Shown here in pieces: positions 19,684 to 29,132 of a stretch of DNA of 64,000 nucleotides. The stretch is from an uncultured Victivallales bacterium (GTDB lineage: Bacteria; Verrucomicrobiota; Lentisphaeria; Victivallales; UBA1829): NCBI GenBank assembly GCA_944390735.1, contig CALXRL010000031.1:8955-72954 (forward strand), read 5' to 3'. Numbering within the stretch: position 1 is the first letter of the stretch; each line of letters opens with the position of its first letter. The notes under the pieces are model-generated. The model ran no database searches. It was given only the letters and a program-made list of their open reading frames with translations, and had not been told where the DNA came from. The position numbers were made by a program, and so were the translations under genes.

Positions 19684-21711
19684 ATGAGTTGTGAATCTGT
19701 TCGTTATCCCGCGTATCCTCTTGTGGTGCATGATCCGTATTTTTCAATCTGGTCGCGAACCGACCGTCTTTCCGATTCCTTCACCTGTCACTGGACGGGG
19801 AAGGGACAGACCATCGCCGGACTGATCCGGATCGACGGCAAAGCCTTCTGTTTCATGAGCGACATCCCCGGCGCTCCGAAGATGAACCAGACTTCCGTCC
19901 GCGTCCTGCCGACCCGGACGATCTATACGTTTGAAGAGTGCTCTGTCCGTTTCCGCCTGACCTTTCTGACGCCCGCTCTTCTTCACAAGCTCAACGTTCT
20001 TTCGCGCCCGATCACCTATCTCTGTTTTGACGCGGAATCGCTCGACGGGAAAACGCACGATCTTGCCGTCTATTTCGACGCCGACGGCGCAATCGCCGTC
20101 AACGAACCCACCGACAAGATCACCTGGAGCCGCTATCGTCATTGCGATCTGGATCTGATGTGCTCCGGTTCCGCCGAACAGAAAATTCTCTCCAGAGCGG
20201 GCGACGACCTGCGCATCGACTGGGGCCATCTTTACCTCGGGCTCCCCTGGAAGTTCCACGGGACAACCGCGCTGGAATCGAATCGTGTGACCCGGAATCA
20301 GTTCCTCTCCTCGGGAACGCTTCCGCAGACCGACAATCTCAACATGCCGCAGGCCGCAAAACGCGAATGGCTCTGCATGGCGGCTGTCCTCCCGATGAAG
20401 GCGGAAGCGGGAAGAACCGATTCCGCGTATGGCATTCTGGCCTATCATGATGCCTTCTCCATTGAATACCTGTATCGCAAACTGCCCGGATACTGGACCA
20501 TGGAGACCGCCTCGTTTTCGGAACTGCTCTCCCTCGCGGTCCGCGAAAAGGAGGCTCTGGCGGAGGAGTGCGCCCGGTATGATGCGGAACTGCTTGCGGA
20601 TGCGGAACGCCTTGGCGGAAAACAATACGCCGATCTCTGTGCCGGGACTTTCCGACAGGCGATCGGGGCGCACAAACTTGTCGCCGATCTCGACGGAACT
20701 GCGCTCTTCTTTTCCAAGGAGAACTTTTCGAACGGCTGCATTGCCACGGTGGATGTCACCTATCCTTCGGCTCCGCTTTTTCTTCTCTGTCAGCCGGAGC
20801 TTGTGAAGGGGATGCTGATTCCGATTCTGGAATATGCGTCCAGCCGGAGCTGGAAGTTCCCGTTTGCTCCGCACGATCTGGGGACCTATCCGCTGGCAAA
20901 CGGGCAGGTCTATGGCGGCGGAGAACGCTCCGAACAGAATCAGATGCCGGTGGAGGAGTGCGGCAATCTGCTGATTCTGGCCGCCGCTCTCGCCAAATTC
21001 CATCACGAGACGGACTTCATCCGGAAATACTGGGAAAAACTCACCCAGTGGGCGGAATATCTTCTGGAAAAGGGGTACGATCCGGAAAACCAGCTCTGCA
21101 CCGACGACTTTGCCGGACATCTTGCCCACAATACGAATCTTTCCATCAAGGCGATCGTGGCGCTGGGCGGATATGCGCTCATGGCCCGGATGCTCGGCGA
21201 GAAGGAGCGTGCGGACCGATACGCCGCAACCGCCCTCGACTATGCCCGCCGCTGGGTCAGAGACGCCGACGACGGAAATTGTTTCCGTCTTGCATTCGAC
21301 CGGAAGGGCACCTGGAGCCAGAAGTACAATCTGGTCTGGGACCGTCTTCTGGAGCTCCATCTTTTTCCCGCGTCTGTGGCGGAAAAGGAGCTTGCGCATT
21401 ACCGGTCGGTGCAGAACCGGTATGGTCTTCCGCTGGACAGCCGCAGAACCTATACCAAAATCGACTGGATTCTCTGGAGCGCCGTGCTGACCGGAAAAGA
21501 GGACGATTTCAAAGCGCTTGTCGAGCCCGTTCATCGCTGGATGACGGAAACGGTTTCCCGGGTTCCGATGACCGACTGGTATGAGACGGTCGGGGATGGC
21601 CGTCAGGTCGGGTTCCAGGCGAGGTCCGTGGTCGGCGGTCTCTTCCTCCGTCTGCTTGCCGACGAAGAGGTTCGGGAGAAATGGAGGAAGAAAAGCAGCC
21701 TCCAACGCTGA
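19684..21711 (+). CDS. DUF4965/DUF1793 (glutaminase A-like) putative glycoside hydrolase, cytoplasmic form
   Basis: 675 aa. N-terminus YPAYPLVVHDPYFSIWS..HWTGK..GLIRIDGKAF and a C-terminal (alpha/alpha)6-like region are typical of this family. No signal peptide. Confidence 0.7.
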   Translation: MSCESVRYPAYPLVVHDPYFSIWSRTDRLSDSFTCHWTGKGQTIAGLIRIDGKAFCFMSDIPGAPKMNQTSVRVLPTRTIYTFEECSVRFRLTFLTPALLHKLNVLSRPITYLCFDAESLDGKTHDLAVYFDADGAIAVNEPTDKITWSRYRHCDLDLMCSGSAEQKILSRAGDDLRIDWGHLYLGLPWKFHGTTALESNRVTRNQFLSSGTLPQTDNLNMPQAAKREWLCMAAVLPMKAEAGRTDSAYGILAYHDAFSIEYLYRKLPGYWTMETASFSELLSLAVREKEALAEECARYDAELLADAERLGGKQYADLCAGTFRQAIGAHKLVADLDGTALFFSKENFSNGCIATVDVTYPSAPLFLLCQPELVKGMLIPILEYASSRSWKFPFAPHDLGTYPLANGQVYGGGERSEQNQMPVEECGNLLILAAALAKFHHETDFIRKYWEKLTQWAEYLLEKGYDPENQLCTDDFAGHLAHNTNLSIKAIVALGGYALMARMLGEKERADRYAATALDYARRWVRDADDGNCFRLAFDRKGTWSQKYNLVWDRLLELHLFPASVAEKELAHYRSVQNRYGLPLDSRRTYTKIDWILWSAVLTGKEDDFKALVEPVHRWMTETVSRVPMTDWYETVGDGRQVGFQARSVVGGLFLRLLADEEVREKWRKKSSLQR

Positions 21712-21723
21712 AAGTCAACCACA

Positions 21724-23283
21724 ATGGAGCGGAAAATGAAAACGATCTACTTCAATGAGGACAACGAACATTTTTATGCGTGCCACCCCGCATCCGACAT
21801 GACGGCGGAGGGTCTGCGCGCCCTTGTCGATTCCTACGCGGAAACGGGGGTTGTCAAAGGCATTCTCTTCTGTACGAATCTTCAGCGCGCGCTGTTCGAC
21901 AGCCGTGTCTGGGAGCGTTTCCGCGACATTGAACATGCCGGGCCGCTTCCCTATGCGGACAATCTTCGGCTGCTTTCGGAACGGGGAATCGATCAGTTTT
22001 CCGTCTGGCTGAAGCGCTGTTCCGAGCTGGGAATCGAGGGCTGGCTCTCCATGCGCATGAACGATTCGCATGGACTCAAGGAGGCGCGGATCAACAGGAC
22101 CGAATCGCGTCTTCATCTCTGGCCGAGCCGGAAATGGCGGGAGAATCCGCAACTCCGCCGGGCGCCGTACCGTTCCGAACGCAGCTGGGAGGGGTCCTAC
22201 AACTATCTTCTTCCCGAAGTGAGGGAGCATCATCTGGCGCTGGTTGCGGAACTGCTCGAACGATACGATCTCTTCGGACTGGAACTCGACTGGATGCGGT
22301 GGGGGATGATGTTTCCGCCCGGATTCGAGCGGGAGGGACAGGCGGTCCTGACGGATTTTGTCAAAGAGGTGCGCCGTCTGGCGGATCAGGCGGAACGGCG
22401 TCTGGGACATGCGGTCCGACTGGCCCACCGCCTGCCCGCGCATCCGGAATCCTGCCTGAACTTCGGATACGATGTCATCGCCTGGGGGGAGGCCAGATGC
22501 GTGGATATGGTCACGCTCTCCTCCTTTCTGAACTGCAACTCCATGGATCCGCCGATCGCCATCTGGCGGAAGATGCTTCCGGAAGGAACGTTCATCAACT
22601 ATTATGCGGAACCGGCGACAATTCCGTTTCCCCGTCCGGGGGCCGTGGTCATCCGCGACGAGATCCTGCTTGCCGCCGCCTCCGCCGCCTTTTCCTGCGG
22701 CGCGGATCACATCTATCTTTTTAATGAGTGCTACCGCGAAAGCGAGGATCTGCCCCGGCTTCAGCACCTGATGAGAGCCATGTCGGATCCGGAAGCGCTG
22801 AAGCATGAGATTCGTCTTTTTCCCGTCACCTACACTCCCGCGATCATTCCGGGAGAATCCAACCGCACCGTTCTTCCCGTTGCGCTGATGCAGGAGGGGA
22901 TGGGGTACGATCTCGGACGCATGGAGGACAACATCACGTTGCGTCTTCCCGCGGGCCGATGGGAGCCCGATTCGCGCTGTTATCTGCGGCTCGGATTTTC
23001 CGGAGAGACTCCGATGGAGGCGTTGAGGGATCTTCCGGTCCGTGTGAACACCGTGCCGGTGGAGCGGGCGGAATGGCCGATGGCTTCGGAATTTCCCGCC
23101 GGACGCTCCTTCTATACGCCGTATCCGTTTCTGCCGCCGGAGGCCGTGCATTCGCTGGCCTGGAAAGTGCCGGTACGACTGCTGCACGAGACATTCAACG
23201 CCGTGGAAATTCTTCCTCCGCATGTTGCGGGAAAGATTGTTTGGGCGGATCTTCTGCTTCTGCCCGCAAAGCGGGAATTGTGA
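21724..23283 (+). CDS. Hypothetical protein, glycoside-hydrolase-like TIM barrel (GHL-type), cytoplasmic
   Basis: 519 aa. WLSMRMNDSHG, NYLLPEVREHHLALVAELLERYDLFGLELDWMRW resemble GHL6/GHL10-type barrels. Alternative start at ATG 21736. No signal peptide. Confidence 0.5.
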   Translation: MERKMKTIYFNEDNEHFYACHPASDMTAEGLRALVDSYAETGVVKGILFCTNLQRALFDSRVWERFRDIEHAGPLPYADNLRLLSERGIDQFSVWLKRCSELGIEGWLSMRMNDSHGLKEARINRTESRLHLWPSRKWRENPQLRRAPYRSERSWEGSYNYLLPEVREHHLALVAELLERYDLFGLELDWMRWGMMFPPGFEREGQAVLTDFVKEVRRLADQAERRLGHAVRLAHRLPAHPESCLNFGYDVIAWGEARCVDMVTLSSFLNCNSMDPPIAIWRKMLPEGTFINYYAEPATIPFPRPGAVVIRDEILLAAASAAFSCGADHIYLFNECYRESEDLPRLQHLMRAMSDPEALKHEIRLFPVTYTPAIIPGESNRTVLPVALMQEGMGYDLGRMEDNITLRLPAGRWEPDSRCYLRLGFSGETPMEALRDLPVRVNTVPVERAEWPMASEFPAGRSFYTPYPFLPPEAVHSLAWKVPVRLLHETFNAVEILPPHVAGKIVWADLLLLPAKREL

Positions 23284-23320
23284 AGACGTTTCCGATCCTT
23301 CCCGTACTCTTTCGGGGGGA

Positions 23321-23722
23321 TCACTCTTCGGCGCGCTGGAAGAGAAGCTGAACGTGCCGTGTGCGGGGCCCGTCGTATTCGCAGAAATAGACGCCCTGCC
23401 AGGTTCCGAGGGAGAGCCGGCCGTTGCGGATCGGAAGCGTCAGGGAAAATCCGGTCAGGATGGCTTTCAGATGGGCGGCGCTGTTGCCTTCACAGTGCTG
23501 ATAGAAGGGTTCATCCTGCGGAATCAGGGAGGAGAGCTTGGCCAGAACATCGTGTTTGACATCCGGATCGGCATTTTCGTTGACCGTGATTCCGGCCGTC
23601 GTATGAGGACAGAAAATATGACAGATTCCGCAGACGATCTCTCCGGGAATCCGCTCATTGATCCGTTCGGTAATGTCCTGAATTTCACAGGTCCGGCTTG
23701 TTCGGATTGAGAATTCCGGCAT
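23321..23722 (-). CDS. yjbQ: YjbQ/UPF0047 family protein (secondary thiamine-phosphate synthase enzyme)
   Basis: 133 aa. CHIFCPHTTAGITVNENADPDV..DL, HCEGNSAAHLKA, and LGTWQGVYFCEYDGPR are family hallmarks. Confidence 0.9.
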   Translation of the reverse strand: MPEFSIRTSRTCEIQDITERINERIPGEIVCGICHIFCPHTTAGITVNENADPDVKHDVLAKLSSLIPQDEPFYQHCEGNSAAHLKAILTGFSLTLPIRNGRLSLGTWQGVYFCEYDGPRTRHVQLLFQRAEE

Positions 23723-23844
23723 AAAAGTTCTCCTTTCCCGCGTTTTGCGTTTGTTCTCCAGAAACTATACCGGTCCTCCGGAAAAAGTCAATCTTTTCCC
23801 GGAGGAGTTCGTTTCCGGAATTCGCGCTGCGGAATCGGGGATCC

Positions 23845-24246
23845 TCAGCGTCTGCCGCGATGCAGGGGCGGAGGAGGACCGGGACGATGGCGCGGACCGC
23901 GATTATACGGACCGGGACGAACCACCACCGTGGAGGGCTGTGTATAAATCACAGTCGTCTGCGGATAGATCACGGGAGGCTGTTCATAGACCACTGTCGG
24001 CTGCTGGACCACCACGGGCTGCTGAACCACCGCCGGCTGCTGGACCACCACGGGTGCCGTTTCGCGCACCACCACGGTCGGCGGCGCAATCACACTCTTG
24101 ACCAGATCCACGATCTGCGTGGCAAGCACCACTCCGTCGCTTCCCCCGTGATGCCGCGGCGGAGGCCCGTGGGGACCTGCCATCAGACTGCCGGTTACCA
24201 GAACGCCGCATACCGCCGCCAGGAAAAATTTTACTGCATCCATCAT
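23845..24246 (-). CDS. Small secreted Pro/Val/Gln repeat protein
   Basis: SD aaggag lies 5 nt before ATG 24246. Signal peptide MMDAVKFFLAAVCGVLVTGSLMA, then PVVVQQPAVVQQPVVVQQPTVVYEQPPVIYPQTTVIYTQP and a Pro/Arg-rich tail. Confidence 0.6.
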   Translation of the reverse strand: MMDAVKFFLAAVCGVLVTGSLMAGPHGPPPRHHGGSDGVVLATQIVDLVKSVIAPPTVVVRETAPVVVQQPAVVQQPVVVQQPTVVYEQPPVIYPQTTVIYTQPSTVVVRPGPYNRGPRHRPGPPPPLHRGRR

Positions 24247-24443
24247 ACACACTCCTTTTCTTCATCGGTTGCCGCAGGACTTCTTGCTGCACCTGCGTTG
24301 ACCATGAAACGCGGGAAAAGAAGTTTTATTGTCCAAATAATAAAAAAATCCTAATTATTTGTTTTTTTTATCTTTTTGATCTCTTCTTCCCGGAGTTGCT
24401 GGAACGCGGGAAGAAGAGAGATCGGAGGGGATCGGAGAAGCGG

Positions 24444-25064
24444 CTAGTCGATCTGATGGACGGTGATGTCTTTGAAGAGGACCCTACCGGTCCCCTGTTC
24501 CAGGCCATAGATCAGGCAGAATGTTGCGCCGTGGGGAAGACGGTATGTGAAGGAACACTTTCTCCAGTCGAATTTTCCCGCTCCGACTTCGCAGGCGGGC
24601 CATTGGGTCTTTCCTCCCGAGACAGGGACAAATCCGCCGAACTTGACGTTTTTGACATTTTCCGAGTGTTCCAGCCGAATCATTCCTTCAAAGAGATAGG
24701 TCTTTCCGGGTTCCAGCTTCAGCCAGCGGTGGACGACGGAGCGTTTGCCGCTTTTTGTGTTGTCGATCACATTCGGCTGTTTTGTTTCAAAACGGTACAG
24801 GATATTTCCGTCGGGTTGGTCGACCGGCGGTTTTTCCTGTTTTCCGGAGAGGAGATCGCGGGTGGTTTCGAGGGTCAATTTCGTCTCTTTGAGTCGGGAG
24901 GATTCCTCCAGAAGGGCGTTTTTCCGGGATTGAAGGTTCGCGAGCTCGCGGCGCAGCGACCGGTTGCGTTGCAGCGGATTGTTTGCCCATGCCGGAACGG
25001 TCGGCAAGGCGAGGCATGCAAGCAGAAAAAACAGCATTGATTTCATCGGTTGTTTCCTTTTCAT
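24444..25064 (-). CDS. Secreted protein with coiled-coil segment + CBM4/9-like jelly-roll domain
   Basis: Signal peptide MKSMLFFLLACLALPTVPAWA. Heptad-like LRRELANLQSRKNALLEESSRLKETKLTLETT. C-terminal beta-rich domain ending GRVLFKDITVHQID. The start abuts the stop of the upstream GH2-like gene (TGAATG). Alternative start at 25046. Confidence 0.6.
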   Translation of the reverse strand: MKRKQPMKSMLFFLLACLALPTVPAWANNPLQRNRSLRRELANLQSRKNALLEESSRLKETKLTLETTRDLLSGKQEKPPVDQPDGNILYRFETKQPNVIDNTKSGKRSVVHRWLKLEPGKTYLFEGMIRLEHSENVKNVKFGGFVPVSGGKTQWPACEVGAGKFDWRKCSFTYRLPHGATFCLIYGLEQGTGRVLFKDITVHQID

Positions 25065-28000
25065 TCAGTTTGCGTTCCGGAGGCGGTAATACGGAATGTT
25101 TCCAAATCCCGGTTTATTCACATACCCTTTGCGGTCGCCGAGGTGGAGAGTTTTGGATGCGGTTCCGTCGGTGAACGTGTAGGTTCCGGGAGAGTCGAAC
25201 TGGAACCAGGCTTTGCCATTGCGGTCGGAACGGACGCCGTACCGCTCCCCGGTGGCGGAGAGGCTCCAGACATCGGTTGCCGGCGCGGTCTCGACAATGC
25301 ACTCCGCGTCGCTTCCGGTGCGAAGGGGCGGCTGTGGAATCAGCGTTTCCCGGTAAGCGTCGTTGACCGCGTTGCGGATATGCGAGGGGTAGCGCTCATC
25401 AAACCAGTTGAATGCGGTATTGGCGTAGTTTTTGGCCACGATGGACGTGGAGATCTTCCGTTCGCCTCTGCCGGAATAGGCCGGCCACGGGATTCGGAAT
25501 TTCGGATACTCATCCGCTTTTCTTCCCGGGGGAAGGATTTTGCTGCGGTCGTATTTATCCATCATGCTCCGGGTGATGCCCCAGGGATTGCCCTTGCCGG
25601 AATCGTCCCAGATAATGAACCCGTCAAGACCGAGTCCCATGTAGATCTGGGCAGGCACCCCGAGACGGCGGTAGAGACCGGCGACTTCACGGACTCGCAG
25701 CGCCTTTTTGCGAACCTGGTCCGGAATCGCGCCGATCCATTTGTCCCATGCTCCATAGGAGCAGTAGAGCGTCTCTCCGAAAATCACGGGGCGGTATTCA
25801 TAGACCTTCTGCCAGTTTCTTACCTGACGGTCGATATTGAAATCCGGATAGTGATAATTGGCCGTGTCGCAGGGGGGATTTTCAAACCAGCGGCCTTTTG
25901 AATTCTGAGTGCCGACATCGCCGTTTCGGGTAAGCACCAGATCATGATCCAGCGTCTTCATGAATTTCTCGTACATGGCTCCGATTCTGTCATTTCGGAG
26001 ATTGAACGGCGCCTTTTCGACGGTATCCCATGCCTGCGTGAGAATTTCGTTGTCCGTGGACCAGATCACCACGCTGGGATTGTTGCGATACATGCGGAAC
26101 CACCGCCGGTAATTTCCCAGATTCCACTGGTGTGTTGCCGTTTCCGGCCAGGTCTCCAGCGGAGAGAAGTTCTTTTCATACGGTTTTTTCGTCCCCGGTT
26201 CATGAAGTTCCGGATACATCTGAACATAGGAGAGCATTCCCATCCGGTCTGTGGTGCGTGCCGCGGTTGCGCTCCAGTAGTCGGAGTCATGATAGCGCAG
26301 GATATTGATGTTGTCGTACCGGTAGAGCGGCCAGAGGACATCGCGGAAACGGGCTTCATTGCATCCGGCATGTCCGACGTCTCCCTGAAGAATGATCCGT
26401 TTTCCGTTCAGGAAGAAATCGGTGCGGTGGATCCAGAACTCCCGGAAGCCGAACGGCTGAATGTGACGATCGGCCAGTTTTCCATCCAGGTAGACATCGG
26501 TAACGAGGTCGTACATATCGGGATTTCCATATTTTCCTCCGATTCCCCAGATCAGCGGATCGGCCCAGCCGGAACGCGTTTCCACTTCCGCCGTTTTCCC
26601 GGCAGGAATCACCGTCCGGACCGGAGGAAGTTTCAAACGGATGATTCCCTCTCTCGCGGCATACTGCCGGATCTCCGCCTTGACCGGGGCGGCGGTATGG
26701 TTGACCAGTTCCGCGGAGACGTCCAGCTTGGCCTTCCGCCAGCTTGGTTTCACATACACGTCCGCCACCCGGACCGAAGGAACAAAATCAAAATAGAGGT
26801 CTCCGAGAATCCCGTACCGGGTGCTGATTCTTCCCACCTCGAATTCCAGCTCAAAAACGTTCCTTCCCTTCCGGAGATTTTTCAGTTCGATGTTCAGGAT
26901 TCCGATTCTTCCGTCATATTCTCCGCAGGGCGTGCCGTTGCAGAAAAACTTTGCCCTGCCCATGATTCCTTCCGAGACAAACACGACGCTTCCGGTCCCG
27001 TCATACTGGAAGGGAATCCGGAAAAAGGCCCGTTTTGCCGTAATGACCGGACTCAGACGGAAATCCTCATAGCCTTTATCCACCTCATAGGCTCCATATA
27101 CGTTTTTCGGGTTTTTCGGATGAACAGGGAAAGTCCCTCTGAGGAAAAAGCGGTTCATCATGCGCAGCGGCAGCAGAACCTTGTGCCAGTTTTTCCGATC
27201 CGTCGAGGCCTCCCACTCTCCATTGATGCAGAGGCGGGAGCGCAAGGTCGCGGGAGAGAGTTTTTTCGCAATGGATTTCGGGGCGTTTCCGGCGTTCCAC
27301 GCCCGCTCCTGCGCATAGCTTTTTTCCAGAGAATCATACGTCTGATTCAGCGATTTTTCCGCTGATTTGACCTCCTCCTTCAGGCGTTTGACGAGTTGTT
27401 CCAGCTTCGGAAGGGTCTGTTTCATGGAGGCGATCTGCCGTTCAAGAGTACGGTTTTCCTGTTCCAGTTTTGCTTTTGAGTAAACGGTCACCTGATCCGT
27501 CAGGACGGCGACTCTCCTTCCCTTTTCAAAGAACTCCAGTTTCAGAGGATGGGTTCCCTCTTTCAAATTCAGATCAAGTTCACGTTCAAGCAGTTTTTTC
27601 CCGTTGAAGAGAATTTCGTATTTCCGGGAAGGGCTGGTTTTGATTTTCAGTTTGTTTTTTCCTTCGAACAGAGTGGTTCCGGCGAACTGGAACGTCGCGG
27701 CACATCCGTTGTTGTACAGCGCATATCCGAGCTTCCTGCCGGGATGGTCGGAATGCACCTTCAAGCCGGGAATCGGTTTCCCGGAACGGTCCATGACGGT
27801 AAGACAGAAACCGCATCCATGCGTGCGGTCGACAACTTTCAGCAGAATCCGGTTGATTCCCGCCTCCAGACGGACCGGATAGCGGAAATTGTTCGGTACA
27901 GCCCCCTGTGAACTGTATTGCCGGCCGACCATCTTTCCGTTCAGAAAAAGTTTGTGGTCGTCGTCGGATCCGACCCCAAGAACGGCATCCATTGCATTCG

Positions 28001-28421
28001 GGACCTCCAGATAGCAGAGAGCGTAGGTTGCAAAGTAATCATCAATCGGGAGAAATTTCTTATCCAGCATAATGATGTCTTCTGAAAAGGAACAGGCTTT
28101 CCAGTCGGCGTCAAACGACTTGGTTTCCGTGAATCCCCACTCGTTGGTGGAACCGATTCCGGCGATCAGTTTTGCCTTGTCCGCAAGGAAGGTGCTTTTT
28201 GCCCTGAGTCCGGGATAAGGCTTTGCCTCTGCTTCCCCATCTAGAAAATCGGTGTCCAGTGCTGTTCCCTCACCGTTTACCTGATAACTCGGATAGGGGC
28301 CGCTGATCAGCCAGTCGCGGATAAAGCCCTTCTCCGTGACGGTTCCCGGCCCGGCATTTACGCACAAAGCCACACACAATAAGATCCAGATAGCCGACCA
28401 TTTGTTCTTCATCACTCTCAT
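25065..28421 (-). CDS. Secreted GH2-like (clan GH-A TIM barrel) glycosidase with N-terminal PA14/lectin-like domain and internal coiled coil
   Basis: 1118 aa. Signal peptide MKNKWSAIWILLCVALCVNA. FFLNGKRIILQGDVGH, NINILRYH, and NNPSVVIWSTDNE match the GH2 sugar-binding and TIM-barrel blocks. Confidence 0.7.
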   Translation of the reverse strand: MRVMKNKWSAIWILLCVALCVNAGPGTVTEKGFIRDWLISGPYPSYQVNGEGTALDTDFLDGEAEAKPYPGLRAKSTFLADKAKLIAGIGSTNEWGFTETKSFDADWKACSFSEDIIMLDKKFLPIDDYFATYALCYLEVPNAMDAVLGVGSDDDHKLFLNGKMVGRQYSSQGAVPNNFRYPVRLEAGINRILLKVVDRTHGCGFCLTVMDRSGKPIPGLKVHSDHPGRKLGYALYNNGCAATFQFAGTTLFEGKNKLKIKTSPSRKYEILFNGKKLLERELDLNLKEGTHPLKLEFFEKGRRVAVLTDQVTVYSKAKLEQENRTLERQIASMKQTLPKLEQLVKRLKEEVKSAEKSLNQTYDSLEKSYAQERAWNAGNAPKSIAKKLSPATLRSRLCINGEWEASTDRKNWHKVLLPLRMMNRFFLRGTFPVHPKNPKNVYGAYEVDKGYEDFRLSPVITAKRAFFRIPFQYDGTGSVVFVSEGIMGRAKFFCNGTPCGEYDGRIGILNIELKNLRKGRNVFELEFEVGRISTRYGILGDLYFDFVPSVRVADVYVKPSWRKAKLDVSAELVNHTAAPVKAEIRQYAAREGIIRLKLPPVRTVIPAGKTAEVETRSGWADPLIWGIGGKYGNPDMYDLVTDVYLDGKLADRHIQPFGFREFWIHRTDFFLNGKRIILQGDVGHAGCNEARFRDVLWPLYRYDNINILRYHDSDYWSATAARTTDRMGMLSYVQMYPELHEPGTKKPYEKNFSPLETWPETATHQWNLGNYRRWFRMYRNNPSVVIWSTDNEILTQAWDTVEKAPFNLRNDRIGAMYEKFMKTLDHDLVLTRNGDVGTQNSKGRWFENPPCDTANYHYPDFNIDRQVRNWQKVYEYRPVIFGETLYCSYGAWDKWIGAIPDQVRKKALRVREVAGLYRRLGVPAQIYMGLGLDGFIIWDDSGKGNPWGITRSMMDKYDRSKILPPGRKADEYPKFRIPWPAYSGRGERKISTSIVAKNYANTAFNWFDERYPSHIRNAVNDAYRETLIPQPPLRTGSDAECIVETAPATDVWSLSATGERYGVRSDRNGKAWFQFDSPGTYTFTDGTASKTLHLGDRKGYVNKPGFGNIPYYRLRNAN

Positions 28422-28430
28422 ACTCCTTTT

Positions 28431-29117
28431 TTATCGGTATTGCACAACTGGGGGTATTTTTGAAGATGGAGAAAAAGACCCCGGATCGTAAATACTTGTT
28501 CCATTGAATCGCAAGGTTCGCGCATGTCCATCCACATAGCTTATGTTGAAAAACATATTGTTGTTATGACGCCGCATGAGTTTATCATTATTCAATCCTT
28601 CTTCGACATCTCCAACATACCATTTTGCATACATCCCAATAATTCCGTTTTTGGCTGTTACATCACCGATGAGTACTTTCTGACTGGGAAGGACAAAGTC
28701 TTTTAGAGCTGTATACTCAAGTTCCACATGCCCAAGTTTTCCTGCTTGATTGTAGCCATAAGTACCAATGGTTCCGGCTGGACATTTTGCCACTCCATAT
28801 GGCGTCCAAGTCCCTGTTTGTGAATCCGGTTGCGAAATATATTTATATTCTGCTAGTTGCCTCCACCAGGACTTCTGAGTTCCGGATGTGATATTTCGGA
28901 CAGCACTTCCGGTTTCACTATCATAAAGGATAAAAGCTGTTGTCAATTGTTTGATGTTTCCTACACAACTTATCGTTCGAGCCTTGTCTCTGGCGCTGTG
29001 CAGAGCAGGAAGAAGAAGTCCTGCAAGAATTGCTATAATAGTAATTACAACAAGAAGCTCAATCAATGTAAAAAATTTCTTTGTCTGCTGAGAAGCATAT
29101 CCGTTGTTCATCATCAT
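28431..29117 (-). CDS. Pseudopilin-like protein with prepilin-type N-terminal methylation domain (DUF1559 type)
   Basis: ..QQTKKF|[44 protein letters not shown]-terminal ISYVDGHA motif. Visibly AT-richer than flanking genes. Confidence 0.85.
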   Translation of the reverse strand: MMMNNGYASQQTKKFFTLIELLVVITIIAILAGLLLPALHSARDKARTISCVGNIKQLTTAFILYDSETGSAVRNITSGTQKSWWRQLAEYKYISQPDSQTGTWTPYGVAKCPAGTIGTYGYNQAGKLGHVELEYTALKDFVLPSQKVLIGDVTAKNGIIGMYAKWYVGDVEEGLNNDKLMRRHNNNMFFNISYVDGHARTLRFNGTSIYDPGSFSPSSKIPPVVQYR

Positions 29118-29132
29118 GATTCCTCCTTTGGT

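Noticed and set aside
24378-24423. Strong hairpin (12-13 bp, ctcttcttcccg/cgggaagaagag) just downstream of the 24444 stop, considered as a terminator
   Set aside because: The T-run lies on the wrong side for both strands: a T-tract precedes the hairpin on the plus strand, and an A-tract follows it on the minus strand. It does not fit an intrinsic terminator. It may be part of the promoter or leader of the 24246 gene.
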